Shown: positions 22,013 through 32,149, counted from the first letter of the stretch. The stretch: 64,000 bases of DNA from Promethearchaeota archaeon (GCA_016840085.1 JAEOTA010000064.1:21583-85582); one strand, 5' to 3'. The notes: generated by a model from the sequence alone, not told the origin. A program made the numbers and translations.

Positions 22013-22363
22013 ATGGAATTCTGTGATGAATGCGGTAGTATGATGTTACCTTCAAATGTAAATGGAGAAAAAGTATTCAAATGTAAGTGTGGAGCAATTA
22101 AGCCTTTTTCTAAAGATAAATCTGATGCATATAAAGTAACCACTAAAATAGAACATTCAATAAGAGATGAAGTGACTAATCTTACTGAAGTCATGAAGTG
22201 GAAGGAAAAAAATTTAAAAAGTACTATTAAAAATTTTAAATGTCCTCGTTGTGGTTATTCAAAAGCGCATCTTGTGACGCGTCAGACGCGTAGTGCTGAT
22301 GAGGGTATGACTCATTTTATCATATGTTTAAAATGCGGCCGCCATATAAAAATAGGAAGTTGA
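22013..22363 (+). CDS. tfs: transcription factor S / RpoM family
   Basis: MEFCDECGSMM; CPRCG...QTRSADEG.T.F..C..C. Confidence 0.93.
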   Translation: MEFCDECGSMMLPSNVNGEKVFKCKCGAIKPFSKDKSDAYKVTTKIEHSIRDEVTNLTEVMKWKEKNLKSTIKNFKCPRCGYSKAHLVTRQTRSADEGMTHFIICLKCGRHIKIGS

Positions 22364-22375
22364 TTTATGAATTGA

Positions 22376-22672
22376 TTAATTAAAAAGTCTTCTTATTATT
22401 TCTATTTTTTCTATATCGTGTAAAAAATCAATTTGAATTAACTTATTAGAATTCCTTATTCCTGAGATAATTTTAATCTGCTTTGAAGAAACTTTAAGCT
22501 TTTTCTTAAATAAGTATATTAATTCATTATTTGCTTTATTTTGAATCGGTTTTGAACGAATAGAAATTGATAAATAATCACCATGATCAATTAACTTTTG
22601 TCTTTTTGCATTTGGCTTAACCTTTAATTTTAATATAAATGATTTTTCTGAGTTTTTAGTTAGAAATGACAT
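22376..22672 (-). CDS. DUF167 (YggU) family protein
   Basis: VKPNAK, P..NKAN.ELI, IISG..NSNK. Confidence 0.88.
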   Translation of the reverse strand: MSFLTKNSEKSFILKLKVKPNAKRQKLIDHGDYLSISIRSKPIQNKANNELIYLFKKKLKVSSKQIKIISGIRNSNKLIQIDFLHDIEKIEIIRRLFN

Positions 22673-22693
22673 TACAATTTTATTAATTCTTGC

Positions 22694-24073
22694 TTATATT
22701 AAATTATCAATATTGGTTTTCAACCGATTATATGAAGGTTTTGATAATCTAATCCCTCCAGCTAATTTGTGTCCCCCACCTAATCCTCCTAATTCATTTT
22801 TTATATTAGAGATAATTTTATTTACACCACTCTCCGAATTTTTTTCAAGAAATTTTCTTGAACATCTAATACTTAGCTTAATTGTCCCTGACTTCTTTTC
22901 AGGACCACCTAATAATAAAATTTTATCAGAATCAAAAAGTTCATTGACAGCACTAAAACTTGCTGTATCTGACCAGTTACTTGGTGGAATTTTCCCTTTA
23001 ACTTCTATAAAAATAGCTTTTTCTGTTTCATAACGAGGTAATTCATTAGTACAAATTATCAAATTCTGTGAAAGATTTTCAATATATTCAGAATAAAGAT
23101 TTTTTGCATAACGTGTAATGTTCCTCGCCTGTATAATTGAAATAGCAGCACTTATATTTTTGAAACATAAAATATTTAATAAAAGCGCATGTTCAAAAGC
23201 AAAATTTAATAAACCTGATTTATGTGGGATAAGCGCATAATGACCAGTATTGTTTATGTTCAATTCTTTCTGAATAACTTGAATTTCATTGTCATTTAAT
23301 TCAATAACTTTTTTTTTTGGATTTATTTGTAGTTTGTCTAAAAACATATTAATTTTTTGATCTGATTCTCCACTTAATCCATTAATGAAAGGTAAAATAC
23401 TATGTTTTAAACCATTTTTAATAGAATTATGCATGTTCCCAAAAAGAATAAGTCCATCTTTGTCCTCAATGAGCTCTTCATCAATTAATTCTTGATATAC
23501 TTCACGATTATATGATTGAAGTTTATCCATTGACTTTAAAGAGTCTCCAGCAATACCTATAACTGCTAACCATCCCTGCTTTATTATTTTTGGATTTATT
23601 TCTTTTGCAAACATGTATGCTAATGTGGCTCCTGCGATATGTTCAAGTCCATCATAACCATGAATAGTTGGGTTGACGAAATATAAATTTTCAGGGAATT
23701 TTATGGTTTTAAAATCATCGTCTACTTCGTGGTGATCGAGAATAAAAAAAGTTTCTTTTCTGTTTCTTATTATTGGTATAAGTTCTGAGAGGTTAGATCC
23801 AACATCAGTAAATACAAGGGCAGTTTTAGGACTTTGTCTATTCGATAAAATACCTCTTAAATAATTTTCCCAAGAAACAGATCTATTATAAATAAAATAA
23901 TCATAATTTAAATTTATTTTATATAATAAATTTTGGATTATATGAAGGCTACTAATTCCATCAGCATCATTATGAGATATCGTAATAACTTGTGAATAGG
24001 CTCCATCGATAAATTGGTCTACGGCTTTATTAAAATCTTCCAAGAATCTTATTTTATTTGGCTTTTTGACCAT
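22694..24073 (-). CDS. DHH family phosphoesterase (RecJ/Cdc45-like)
   Basis: SHNDADG, TDVGS, LDHH, GGGHKLAGG (DHHA1). Confidence 0.9.
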   Translation of the reverse strand: MVKKPNKIRFLEDFNKAVDQFIDGAYSQVITISHNDADGISSLHIIQNLLYKINLNYDYFIYNRSVSWENYLRGILSNRQSPKTALVFTDVGSNLSELIPIIRNRKETFFILDHHEVDDDFKTIKFPENLYFVNPTIHGYDGLEHIAGATLAYMFAKEINPKIIKQGWLAVIGIAGDSLKSMDKLQSYNREVYQELIDEELIEDKDGLILFGNMHNSIKNGLKHSILPFINGLSGESDQKINMFLDKLQINPKKKVIELNDNEIQVIQKELNINNTGHYALIPHKSGLLNFAFEHALLLNILCFKNISAAISIIQARNITRYAKNLYSEYIENLSQNLIICTNELPRYETEKAIFIEVKGKIPPSNWSDTASFSAVNELFDSDKILLLGGPEKKSGTIKLSIRCSRKFLEKNSESGVNKIISNIKNELGGLGGGHKLAGGIRLSKPSYNRLKTNIDNLI

Positions 24074-24363
24074 TTAAATCATTTTACACCTAAAATTCAA
24101 TAATCTATAATAAATCCTTCTTGTCAAATTGAATCGAATAAGTTCTACTCAATATAAAATTAATAGAAATACAAATATTCAAATATAATTTTACTAAATA
24201 TACATTTTTTCATTAAAAATCTTATAAATTCCAAATAAATTTTATGATTATAAACATTCCGATTTGTTTGGGCTTTTTAGAGGAAATTTTGATAAAAATT
24301 AAAATCTGAAGAAAAATTATTTAAATTTAATTTTAATTTTCTGTTCTAAATATCTTAAAACAA

Positions 24364-26085
24364 ATGGCTATGATTAATATTAATCAATCTAGAAAGGTAA
24401 AATACTTAAGTATTTTTACGGTTACAATTGTAATCTTTTCCATATGTCTTCCAACATTATTACAAAATTGGAATGGTAATTCTAACTCTCTTTTCAGTCA
24501 CAATAATGCTTTGAAAGATCATATTAATATAAGTAATTTCTCAAAGGAAAATTATAGTGCAATACTTTCAGAAGAAAAACATGGTTTAGGAAATATCACT
24601 GTAACTGATTTGTTGTTTAATCAATTGGAGTTAGGTATCTATAGCTATAATGATATTTATCCTCTCCTTACAGAGGATTATAATTCTACTGCTATAAATA
24701 TGACTATCGAAGATTTCAAATTTATCAATGTTACAACACCAGCTAAACATGACAATCTTGATAACATTATCTCAAATAAAAATAATATTACTTTAATGCT
24801 TAATGAAAGTTTATATTTTAAGTATAATGATTCAAAAACGGGGTATTTAATTTATCTCTCTCGTTTATTTAAGTGCCGTCTTATCGATTTTTATATACAA
24901 AATGGAACAGATATTGTAAAGCTTGAAGAAAAAATAGATTTTTACTTTGACAATTATGATTTTATAGTTTTTCACTATAAGGACTTTCTCCGAGAAAACC
25001 CAACGTTTAACTTTTCTGGCGCGATTTTTAATTTTTCAATGCATTTCATTTGGGAATGGGACTTATTGATAGAAGATTGGGAGCTTATCCAAAATAATGG
25101 TTTAACAATAGAAAAAGCATTAGAAGATTACCCAGTTGATTTTGCTTATAGTTTTCATTTAACTGGAAGAAAGTATAATCAAAGTGAAATAGGTCAGTAT
25201 ATTTTAGTTGATAATTTGTTTGTTGCCTTGAGGATTGATTTATTTGATAAAGATTTATTAAATAATTACATATTGGAATTAAATGATGAGATAGTAGACA
25301 TTAACTCTCATTTAAATCCAAATAATTCGATTAATGTTTTATTATCTGATTCGTTCACACCGAATTATAACAATTTTAGATTAAATTTTACTACAATATT
25401 TACTTTACAATTTGATAATCCTGTTGGAAAATTATGGAGTATCGATAGACTTGTGGCTAAACGAAATATACGAGAAAGAATTTATTTTGCTTCAATAACT
25501 GCAGGACCAAAACATTTTTATTTAAAATCTTTATCGTTTTATGAACCTAGTATTCTTTTTGAAGAAATGATTAGTGCATTCTCATTATTCGATAGACAAG
25601 TAGATTTTGAATATATCAACACTTCTACTCTTGGCGAAACAAGGTTGATAGTGACTGTACCTTATTTGATTCTAGGGGAAACATGTCCTTTCACCCTTAA
25701 ATACGAAACTACAACAGCTTTGAAGATTATTATTACCGATATCATTCGTATGCCATTAATCGGAGCAAAAATCAAACTTTTTTATTATGGTAAAGAATAT
25801 GGAACATATATTTCATCTAATCGAGTTCAACCAATATCACTTGGAAAAACAGATGAGAATGGTGAAGTCATACTAAATAACGTTGTTATCGGAAACTACA
25901 CTGTGAAAGTGTATTACAGGAATTCATTTCTAAAGGAGGCTTCTGTCAATACTTATAAGGAGAATAATTATGTACGCACAAATATTCCTCATTTCCCTCT
26001 CTGGATAGTAGTTTTTGGAGCATTAAATGGGATTATTATTGTTATAGGTGTTTTATTTTATTTCAAAAATAAAAAACTGCGATAA
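24364..26085 (+). CDS. membrane-anchored extracellular protein with a carboxypeptidase-regulatory-like domain
   Basis: N- and C-terminal TM segments, many NxS/T sequons, PLIGAKI..TDENG..GNYTV. Confidence 0.75.
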   Translation: MAMININQSRKVKYLSIFTVTIVIFSICLPTLLQNWNGNSNSLFSHNNALKDHINISNFSKENYSAILSEEKHGLGNITVTDLLFNQLELGIYSYNDIYPLLTEDYNSTAINMTIEDFKFINVTTPAKHDNLDNIISNKNNITLMLNESLYFKYNDSKTGYLIYLSRLFKCRLIDFYIQNGTDIVKLEEKIDFYFDNYDFIVFHYKDFLRENPTFNFSGAIFNFSMHFIWEWDLLIEDWELIQNNGLTIEKALEDYPVDFAYSFHLTGRKYNQSEIGQYILVDNLFVALRIDLFDKDLLNNYILELNDEIVDINSHLNPNNSINVLLSDSFTPNYNNFRLNFTTIFTLQFDNPVGKLWSIDRLVAKRNIRERIYFASITAGPKHFYLKSLSFYEPSILFEEMISAFSLFDRQVDFEYINTSTLGETRLIVTVPYLILGETCPFTLKYETTTALKIIITDIIRMPLIGAKIKLFYYGKEYGTYISSNRVQPISLGKTDENGEVILNNVVIGNYTVKVYYRNSFLKEASVNTYKENNYVRTNIPHFPLWIVVFGALNGIIIVIGVLFYFKNKKLR

Positions 26086-26091
26086 ATTACT

Positions 26092-26418
26092 TTGATAGTT
26101 ATTTTCTGTGATAATATAGAAGATTTTATTATATTTCTAAAGAAACGAATTATGAATGAGATCTTTTATGAATTCAAAGAAATTACAAGTGATTCATTAT
26201 CTATTAAAGGAAATATTGAAATTGTGCTTCACTTTTTAGCAAAAATTGAAGAAATTATAATACTTTATGAGACTAAGCAAATTATAGCAAAATCAAGTAA
26301 TTCTAATATTGATGGACAAGTAATTAATGCTTTAAAAAATATTTTTCAGGGAGTTGATCCCTCATTATCTCTTGTGAAGGGAAAAATACGAGAGATATTC
26401 CTGAGTTATTCTTCATAA
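26092..26418 (+). CDS. hypothetical protein
   Basis: 108-aa ORF directly after the previous gene. Confidence 0.65.
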   Translation: MIVIFCDNIEDFIIFLKKRIMNEIFYEFKEITSDSLSIKGNIEIVLHFLAKIEEIIILYETKQIIAKSSNSNIDGQVINALKNIFQGVDPSLSLVKGKIREIFLSYSS

Positions 26419-26458
26419 ATTCGGATGTAATATAATAGGATTATCTAATTTTCCTAAT

Positions 26459-28045
26459 TTAATTATGGTCGATTTGTTCCCCATATCCTATTAATCGATA
26501 ACGTCTATTAATAATTCGAGAAATTGCATAAATGAAATTTTCTGGTGGACAAATAGGAGGTGTTAGTTTTATAATGACACTATTTTTTAATATTTTTGTA
26601 ACAGTTCCCCCTGTTTTTTCAGTTCCCACAACTAATAATAATTTCTCTCCATGTTTGAGAGGTTGAACTTTCATTTGAACTTCAGATCCAATAACTCTAT
26701 CTAAAAGATTTACATTTAGCTCAACTTCACTAAGAATATTAGGTAAAGTTCCTGTTCCTCCAACTAAATGGCCAATTAGATGATCTCCTTTTGTTAACGC
26801 GGGATCTAGTTTTGTTCCTAAGCCTATAAGACCGCCAGGTTTAGCATTTTCTAAAATGTTATTTCCTTGGCTAATACTTACGACTGTAGATTTTAATGGT
26901 ACATATTGATCTTTAACACGTATACCAGGGCTAATTTCGATTTGATCTCCAACTAAAATTTTTCCTTTTAAAACAGAACCTCCTATTACACCACCTTTTA
27001 AATCTTTAATTTCTTTACCTGGACGATTGATATCAAAGGATCTTGCTATTAAAAATTGAAATAATTCGTCCTCTTTAAACTTTGGAGAAGGAATAACCTC
27101 TTCAAAAGCTCTCACAACAAGATGCATATTCGCTCCAAAGACTGCAGATACGGGTATAACTGGAGCATTTTCAGCAACAGTTCCTTTTATAAATTCTTTA
27201 ATTTGTTGAAAATTCTCTAAGGCTTGTTCTCGAGAAACAGCATCAATTTTATTTTGTAATATGATAACATTTTTTATCCCAGCAATATTTAAAGCTGCTA
27301 AATGTTCCCGTGTTTGGGGTTGGGGGCATTGTTCATCAGCTGCAATTAAGAGGCACGCCCCGTTCATTAATGACGCACCACTTAACATAGTTGCCATTAA
27401 AATCTCATGACCAGGCGCATCAACAAAGGAGATATTTCTTCTAAACTCTAAATTTCCTTGACATTTCGGGCATGAAAATCGAAGTTTTCCTTTCTCTCTA
27501 TTTTTCTCTGCAAGATGGGCTGTTGTATATTCATCACATTCAGGACAATAAAGAATTGAGGCATTAGAATATCCTAACTTTATTGAAATACCTCTTTCTT
27601 GCTCTTCAGAGTGTCGATCAGTCCAATCTCCTGTTAACGCCTTTACTAGAGTAGTCTTCCCATGGTCTACATGCCCAACAAGTCCTATATTGCATTCTGC
27701 TTGTTTTTTTATTAATTCTTTTATTTTTGTTCCTTTTTCCTTAGAAATTAATTTTGGTTTAGGCTTTGGTTTAGATTTTGGTTTAGATTTTGATGGAATT
27801 TTTTCATCAGTTATTTCTTTAATTACTGTTGAAGATTTTGTTTTTGCATCTATTTCTTCAATTACTTTTTTAGCGTTTGTAATTATTTTTTCCGCAGTTG
27901 CTTTTCCCACGCCTTTTATTTGTAATTTTATTAAATCTTCAGGTTTTACAGTAGCTAGTTTTTCAATTGAACCAATTCCTGCCGCTTTCATTTTTTCTGC
28001 GATAGATTTACCAATTCCCGAAATATCTTCTAATTCATAGGACAT
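26459..28045 (-). CDS. eif2g: translation initiation factor aIF2 gamma subunit with an N-terminal HhH extension
   Basis: GHVDHGKTT, RGISIKLGY, Zn knuckle, DAPGHE, NKID, RSFDINRPG, RLIGYG. Confidence 0.95.
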   Translation of the reverse strand: MSYELEDISGIGKSIAEKMKAAGIGSIEKLATVKPEDLIKLQIKGVGKATAEKIITNAKKVIEEIDAKTKSSTVIKEITDEKIPSKSKPKSKPKPKPKLISKEKGTKIKELIKKQAECNIGLVGHVDHGKTTLVKALTGDWTDRHSEEQERGISIKLGYSNASILYCPECDEYTTAHLAEKNREKGKLRFSCPKCQGNLEFRRNISFVDAPGHEILMATMLSGASLMNGACLLIAADEQCPQPQTREHLAALNIAGIKNVIILQNKIDAVSREQALENFQQIKEFIKGTVAENAPVIPVSAVFGANMHLVVRAFEEVIPSPKFKEDELFQFLIARSFDINRPGKEIKDLKGGVIGGSVLKGKILVGDQIEISPGIRVKDQYVPLKSTVVSISQGNNILENAKPGGLIGLGTKLDPALTKGDHLIGHLVGGTGTLPNILSEVELNVNLLDRVIGSEVQMKVQPLKHGEKLLLVVGTEKTGGTVTKILKNSVIIKLTPPICPPENFIYAISRIINRRYRLIGYGEQIDHN

Positions 28046-28169
28046 GTTAGTATAAAATTTAGGTATTATAACTGCTGTATAAATATTTTCCTATGAATCA
28101 TTAAGAAAAGATTTTTTATTAAATTAATCAATAAAATTAAGAGTTTTAAAAAGAAATAGAGATAAAGTT

Positions 28170-28388
28170 TTATTTAGTTTTTATTGTTTTAATCCCACCA
28201 GACTTTTTCTCCAGCTCTTTAAATGAGACTCTCAAAAGACTATCAACATAAAAAGTAGATGTTTTTTTACAATGTTTACACATAATATAGACTGGTGCGG
28301 GATATTGGGTAGGATCTATATCTTCCATATCAATTTTGAATGTAATTTTGCTTTCGCAATGTGGGCAAAAATTAAATCGAAGAGGCAT
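28170..28388 (-). CDS. small Zn-finger protein
   Basis: CPHC...CKHC; 72 aa. Confidence 0.7.
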   Translation of the reverse strand: MPLRFNFCPHCESKITFKIDMEDIDPTQYPAPVYIMCKHCKKTSTFYVDSLLRVSFKELEKKSGGIKTIKTK

Positions 28389-28486
28389 TTTCAGTTAATT
28401 TAATTTTATAATAAATAGATTCTTATTTCTATTATATTTTTTTTAATATAAAATAAATAGTTATAATTGCTTATTACTGATTCTAA

Positions 28487-30610
28487 ATGGTTAAGTTATC
28501 ATTAAAAATAGTTGTTTATTCTTATCTTGGATTATTGATTCTTTTTCCATTTTTGAACCTTTTTTTAGATTATTATTCGGATAATTCAAATGATTTAGAT
28601 TTTTCAAGAATCGAAATTGATCTTAGTAATGATACTGAAATTGATTTATCCTTATTACCAAAAATTGATTATGAAACATTAAATGGTATATGGTACAATC
28701 CAAAGATTGAAATGCTAATTATATCACCTAACAGATCTGATTTTATTAATGTATTAAAACCATTGGTGGATTGGAAAAACGAGAAAGGTGTAAAGACAAT
28801 TATCTTAAGCAATTATTCATTATATTATGGTGTAGATGATGCTGCTAGGATTAGAAATATGATAAAATCTTACTATGAAAAAGAAGATATTAAATGGGTT
28901 CTTTTAGCTGGTGATGCGCAAGATGACTTGATCCCAATTAGAATGGTTTATAACCCTGATGTGTTAAGATGGGGTGAGGGCGCAAGGGAATCAATTCCAG
29001 GAGATTATTATAAACCTACTGATTTTTATTATGCGGATCTTACAGGTAGTTGGGATAGTGATGGTGATGGAAATTGGGGAGAAGCTCCTCAAGACAATAC
29101 TTATGGTTTAGATGAGATCTCATGGATTCCTGAAGTCTATGTTGGTCGATTTCCAGCTGATACAGCTAATGAACTTGAAATTATGGTAAATAAAACATTA
29201 AAGTATGAGGTTGATCCCAATATTGGTAATTGGATGAATAGAATGCTTTTGGCTGGTGGAATATCTAGTTATGTTCCCCAAGAATATGAAAGTCACTTGA
29301 CAGATTATATCATACAAAATTATGCAAAATTTGAATTAAGTTGCACTCATTTAATAGAAGAAGGTAATCTTACCCGTTCAAACCTTAAAAATTATTTTGA
29401 CGATGGATATTCAACAGTAATCATGGCAGGTCATGGAAGTCCAACAGCCTTCTATCGAAATCCTAGTAGTATTGGTTATACATCTTCGGATGCTAACTCA
29501 AGTTCGAATTTTCACATGCCCTCTTTAGTTTATCTCGATGCCTGTTCAACATCAAGCTACGATTATAATGATAATAGCTTAGGAGAAGTATTAATAAGAA
29601 GAATTAATGGGAGTGCTATTGGTGCAATTGGAGCTCTAAGATTTAGTTATTATTTCGAAAATGATGAGAATCTTGAAAAATTAAATCGTGGGAATGCAAA
29701 ATTATTTTGGGAAGAATTTTTTCTTAAAAAGAAGTATCAGCAAGGAAGAGCGTTATATGATTCAAAAGTTTCTTATATAAATAGTGATTATTATAAGAGA
29801 GGGGAAGGCTCAACAGATTATGATTTTGAACGGAAAAATATTTTAACTTATTGTCTTTTAGGAGATCCTGAAGTCGATATTTACACTAATAGACCAAAAA
29901 ATGCATTAGATCCTTCTTTTGGAGATATTTATGAAGGTCAACTAGTTTCTGCAATAATAAAAGACGTAAGTGGTAAAATTGTGCCTTATGCCAGAGTTCA
30001 TTTTAAGACTATAGATGACAAATATTATACCGCATATGCAGATGGTAATGGAGTAGTAAAATTTCGGGTTCCTTGCCAAACTAGTCAAATATATAATGTA
30101 ACAATCACGGGACATAATTTAATATCTTCTTATTTTAATTTTACCACTTATACCGATAATTCTATGCCCGAATTATTAAAAGTAGAACTTTTTCCTGAAA
30201 ATCCTGGAACATCGGATACACTTCATTTTAATATTACTACGTTTGACGATCATTCAGGGATAGAAAGTGTCTATCTGTTTATTTCTAAAGATAATTTCAA
30301 ACATTATACAAATTATAGGATGATAAATGGAATCTTAGATGATGATAGTATTTTTATGCTCGAGACTGATAAGTTGAAACCTGGAAAATATTCCTACCTT
30401 ATTATTTCAAGAGATTATGCTAATAACACAAATGTTTTTTATGAAAAAAGTTTTAAATTTACAATACCTAAACCGCTAATCGATTATGTGCTTCCTATTT
30501 CTTTAATGTTAATTATAGGAGCTGCAGGAATTTCAATTTTTATCTTTTATAAAGGGTTGCAAACTTATTTAAAAATAATAAGAAATTACGAAAGAAATTT
30601 ATCATCTTAG
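28487..30610 (+). CDS. C25 (gingipain-like) cysteine peptidase, membrane-anchored
   Basis: WKNEKG, VLLAGD, TDFYY, VGRFP, GHG, DAC, LLGDP; TM segments at both ends. Confidence 0.9.
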   Translation: MVKLSLKIVVYSYLGLLILFPFLNLFLDYYSDNSNDLDFSRIEIDLSNDTEIDLSLLPKIDYETLNGIWYNPKIEMLIISPNRSDFINVLKPLVDWKNEKGVKTIILSNYSLYYGVDDAARIRNMIKSYYEKEDIKWVLLAGDAQDDLIPIRMVYNPDVLRWGEGARESIPGDYYKPTDFYYADLTGSWDSDGDGNWGEAPQDNTYGLDEISWIPEVYVGRFPADTANELEIMVNKTLKYEVDPNIGNWMNRMLLAGGISSYVPQEYESHLTDYIIQNYAKFELSCTHLIEEGNLTRSNLKNYFDDGYSTVIMAGHGSPTAFYRNPSSIGYTSSDANSSSNFHMPSLVYLDACSTSSYDYNDNSLGEVLIRRINGSAIGAIGALRFSYYFENDENLEKLNRGNAKLFWEEFFLKKKYQQGRALYDSKVSYINSDYYKRGEGSTDYDFERKNILTYCLLGDPEVDIYTNRPKNALDPSFGDIYEGQLVSAIIKDVSGKIVPYARVHFKTIDDKYYTAYADGNGVVKFRVPCQTSQIYNVTITGHNLISSYFNFTTYTDNSMPELLKVELFPENPGTSDTLHFNITTFDDHSGIESVYLFISKDNFKHYTNYRMINGILDDDSIFMLETDKLKPGKYSYLIISRDYANNTNVFYEKSFKFTIPKPLIDYVLPISLMLIIGAAGISIFIFYKGLQTYLKIIRNYERNLSS

Positions 30611-30611
30611 T

Positions 30612-31169
30612 TTAATGTTCTTCATTTTGGATTTTCTCCTTTTTCATTTTTATTAGATATAAAATTGAACTTACAGTCCCAAAAATACCTTGGATAATTA
30701 AGGCTAAGGATATCAATAAAACAGCAAGAAGATCCTTGAAAATAAATAAAAATATAATAATAAAGATACCTGCTACAGTAAATCTCAAAATAGAGGAAAG
30801 TTCACTGAATACAATTTTCCAGGTTTTAGATTTTTTTACTCGTGCTTCTAAGTCTCGATGATATTGATCTTCTCCAATTTCTTTTATATACCAACTCCCT
30901 TCTATGTTATTTGCAAAAATTAAAATACTCCACCATAAAATAAAGAAACTAAAATAAAAGTCTAATGAACCTAATACTATAATAGGTATTTGCATTAAGA
31001 TCATTCCTTTCCAGCCAACACGTTTAGCTATTTTATTTGTTTCTAATTTCAATTCTTTAGAAACATATCGTGTGCTAAGTATATCAAGCGATCTCCCAAT
31101 GAATGTTAAAAATGCGTTTATCAAATATTGATACCATTGTACATTACGTATAATTAATTGAAAAATCAT
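30612..31169 (-). CDS. hypothetical membrane protein
   Basis: Several hydrophobic segments; LDILST..ETN motif. Confidence 0.75.
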   Translation of the reverse strand: MIFQLIIRNVQWYQYLINAFLTFIGRSLDILSTRYVSKELKLETNKIAKRVGWKGMILMQIPIIVLGSLDFYFSFFILWWSILIFANNIEGSWYIKEIGEDQYHRDLEARVKKSKTWKIVFSELSSILRFTVAGIFIIIFLFIFKDLLAVLLISLALIIQGIFGTVSSILYLIKMKKEKIQNEEH

Positions 31170-31328
31170 ATTCTTCAGCTCATCTTACGGTATTCCTTTT
31201 AAATTTAATCTTTTTAATGAAAAACTTTTTTTATTAGGCTTTATTATTTCTAACTACACTTTACCAAATAAGTAAAGATTTACATTGTAAATAATTATAC
31301 TTATTAAATGGTATTAAATCGTGGTTTT

Positions 31329-31509
31329 ATAACCACATAAATATATAGCATCTTGCTAAGCGCCGGACGTTAAACTTATAAGCGTTGCAGGATAGTACTG
31401 CAGTTGCGATCTGTGGGAAACCTCAAACTGTGAGTTCGCTCACGGTCATGGCTTTAAAGGATAATACCCGGTCCCATCCGAACCCGGAAACGCTTATTTA
31501 TGTGGTTAT
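31329..31509 (+). other. processing stem with a bulge-helix-bulge-like motif enclosing the permuted 5S rRNA
   Basis: ATAACCACATAAA 31329-31341 / TTTATGTGGTTAT 31497-31509; TAAGCG 31357-31362 / CGCTTA 31491-31496; AAA bulge 31488-31490; CCGG 31363-31366 / CCGG 31484-31487; ACG 31367-31369. Confidence 0.85.
31369..31489 (+). rRNA. rrf: 5S rRNA, circularly permuted gene (3' half - UUCG - 5' half)
   Basis: 3' half GTTAAAC..AGCGTT..AGTACTG..GCGA..GGGAAA..CTGTGAG (31369-31434) precedes the 5' half CTCACGGTCATGGC..ACCCGGTCCCATCCGAACCCGGAA (31439-31489). Helices I-V can be drawn; length is 121 nt. Confidence 0.9.
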
Positions 31510-31606
31510 TAATGACATTAAACCTTTTATTTCTCTAAAAATAAGTTTTTATACGATTAATTATAAGTTTAATTAATATTTCATAATAAATTACCTAAAA
31601 ACACGT

Positions 31607-32149
31607 ATGCCAAAAAAGTATATCGTTCTTTTTAAAACTATTGGTAGAAAGTGGTTTCTATTTCTTATTATTATAATAATTATCGTGGCAATAATTAACC
31701 CCGTAGCAGCAATTTGGATGACCGGCATCACTTTAGTATTATTCCTTTTATCGTATGTTCCAAGAATATTTTTTAAAAATAGATTGCATAAATTCATGAA
31801 TAAATTTTTTAAAATAGAAGATGAATTAATAGCCAGAAAACTAAAGAAATCTTTGAAAATAATTCAGGAAGATATGTTTGATTTATCCCAAAAACAAGAT
31901 AAAAAGAAATGGTTGATTGTTTTTCTAAATAAACAATATATTTTTTATCATCAAGAAACTATTCAGGCATTTAAGGATCTTTACAAAAAAGGTTATAGTG
32001 AGAAAGAAATCCTTGATAATTTAACTAATTACAAAATTGGTATTAGAGCTGAGGTTAAAGCAATAAAAGATACTTTAATTAAACTTAAAAGAATAAGTGA
32101 AAGGGAAATTTCTGTAAAAGAACATTACGAAAAGCAAAGATTTAATTAA
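31607..32149 (+). CDS. hypothetical protein with an N-terminal TM hairpin
   Basis: Two hydrophobic segments followed by a basic soluble domain. Confidence 0.75.
   Translation: MPKKYIVLFKTIGRKWFLFLIIIIIIVAIINPVAAIWMTGITLVLFLLSYVPRIFFKNRLHKFMNKFFKIEDELIARKLKKSLKIIQEDMFDLSQKQDKKKWLIVFLNKQYIFYHQETIQAFKDLYKKGYSEKEILDNLTNYKIGIRAEVKAIKDTLIKLKRISEREISVKEHYEKQRFN

Noticed and set aside
31363-31488. CCGGA at both ends read as a target-site duplication or assembly artefact
   Set aside because: The flanks are also perfectly complementary, form BHB geometry, and helix I is closed by a tidy TTCG. An accidental rearrangement would not produce this, though read mapping is still advisable.
31385-31576. 63-aa ORF on the + strand
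   Set aside because: It overlies the permuted 5S rRNA; spurious.
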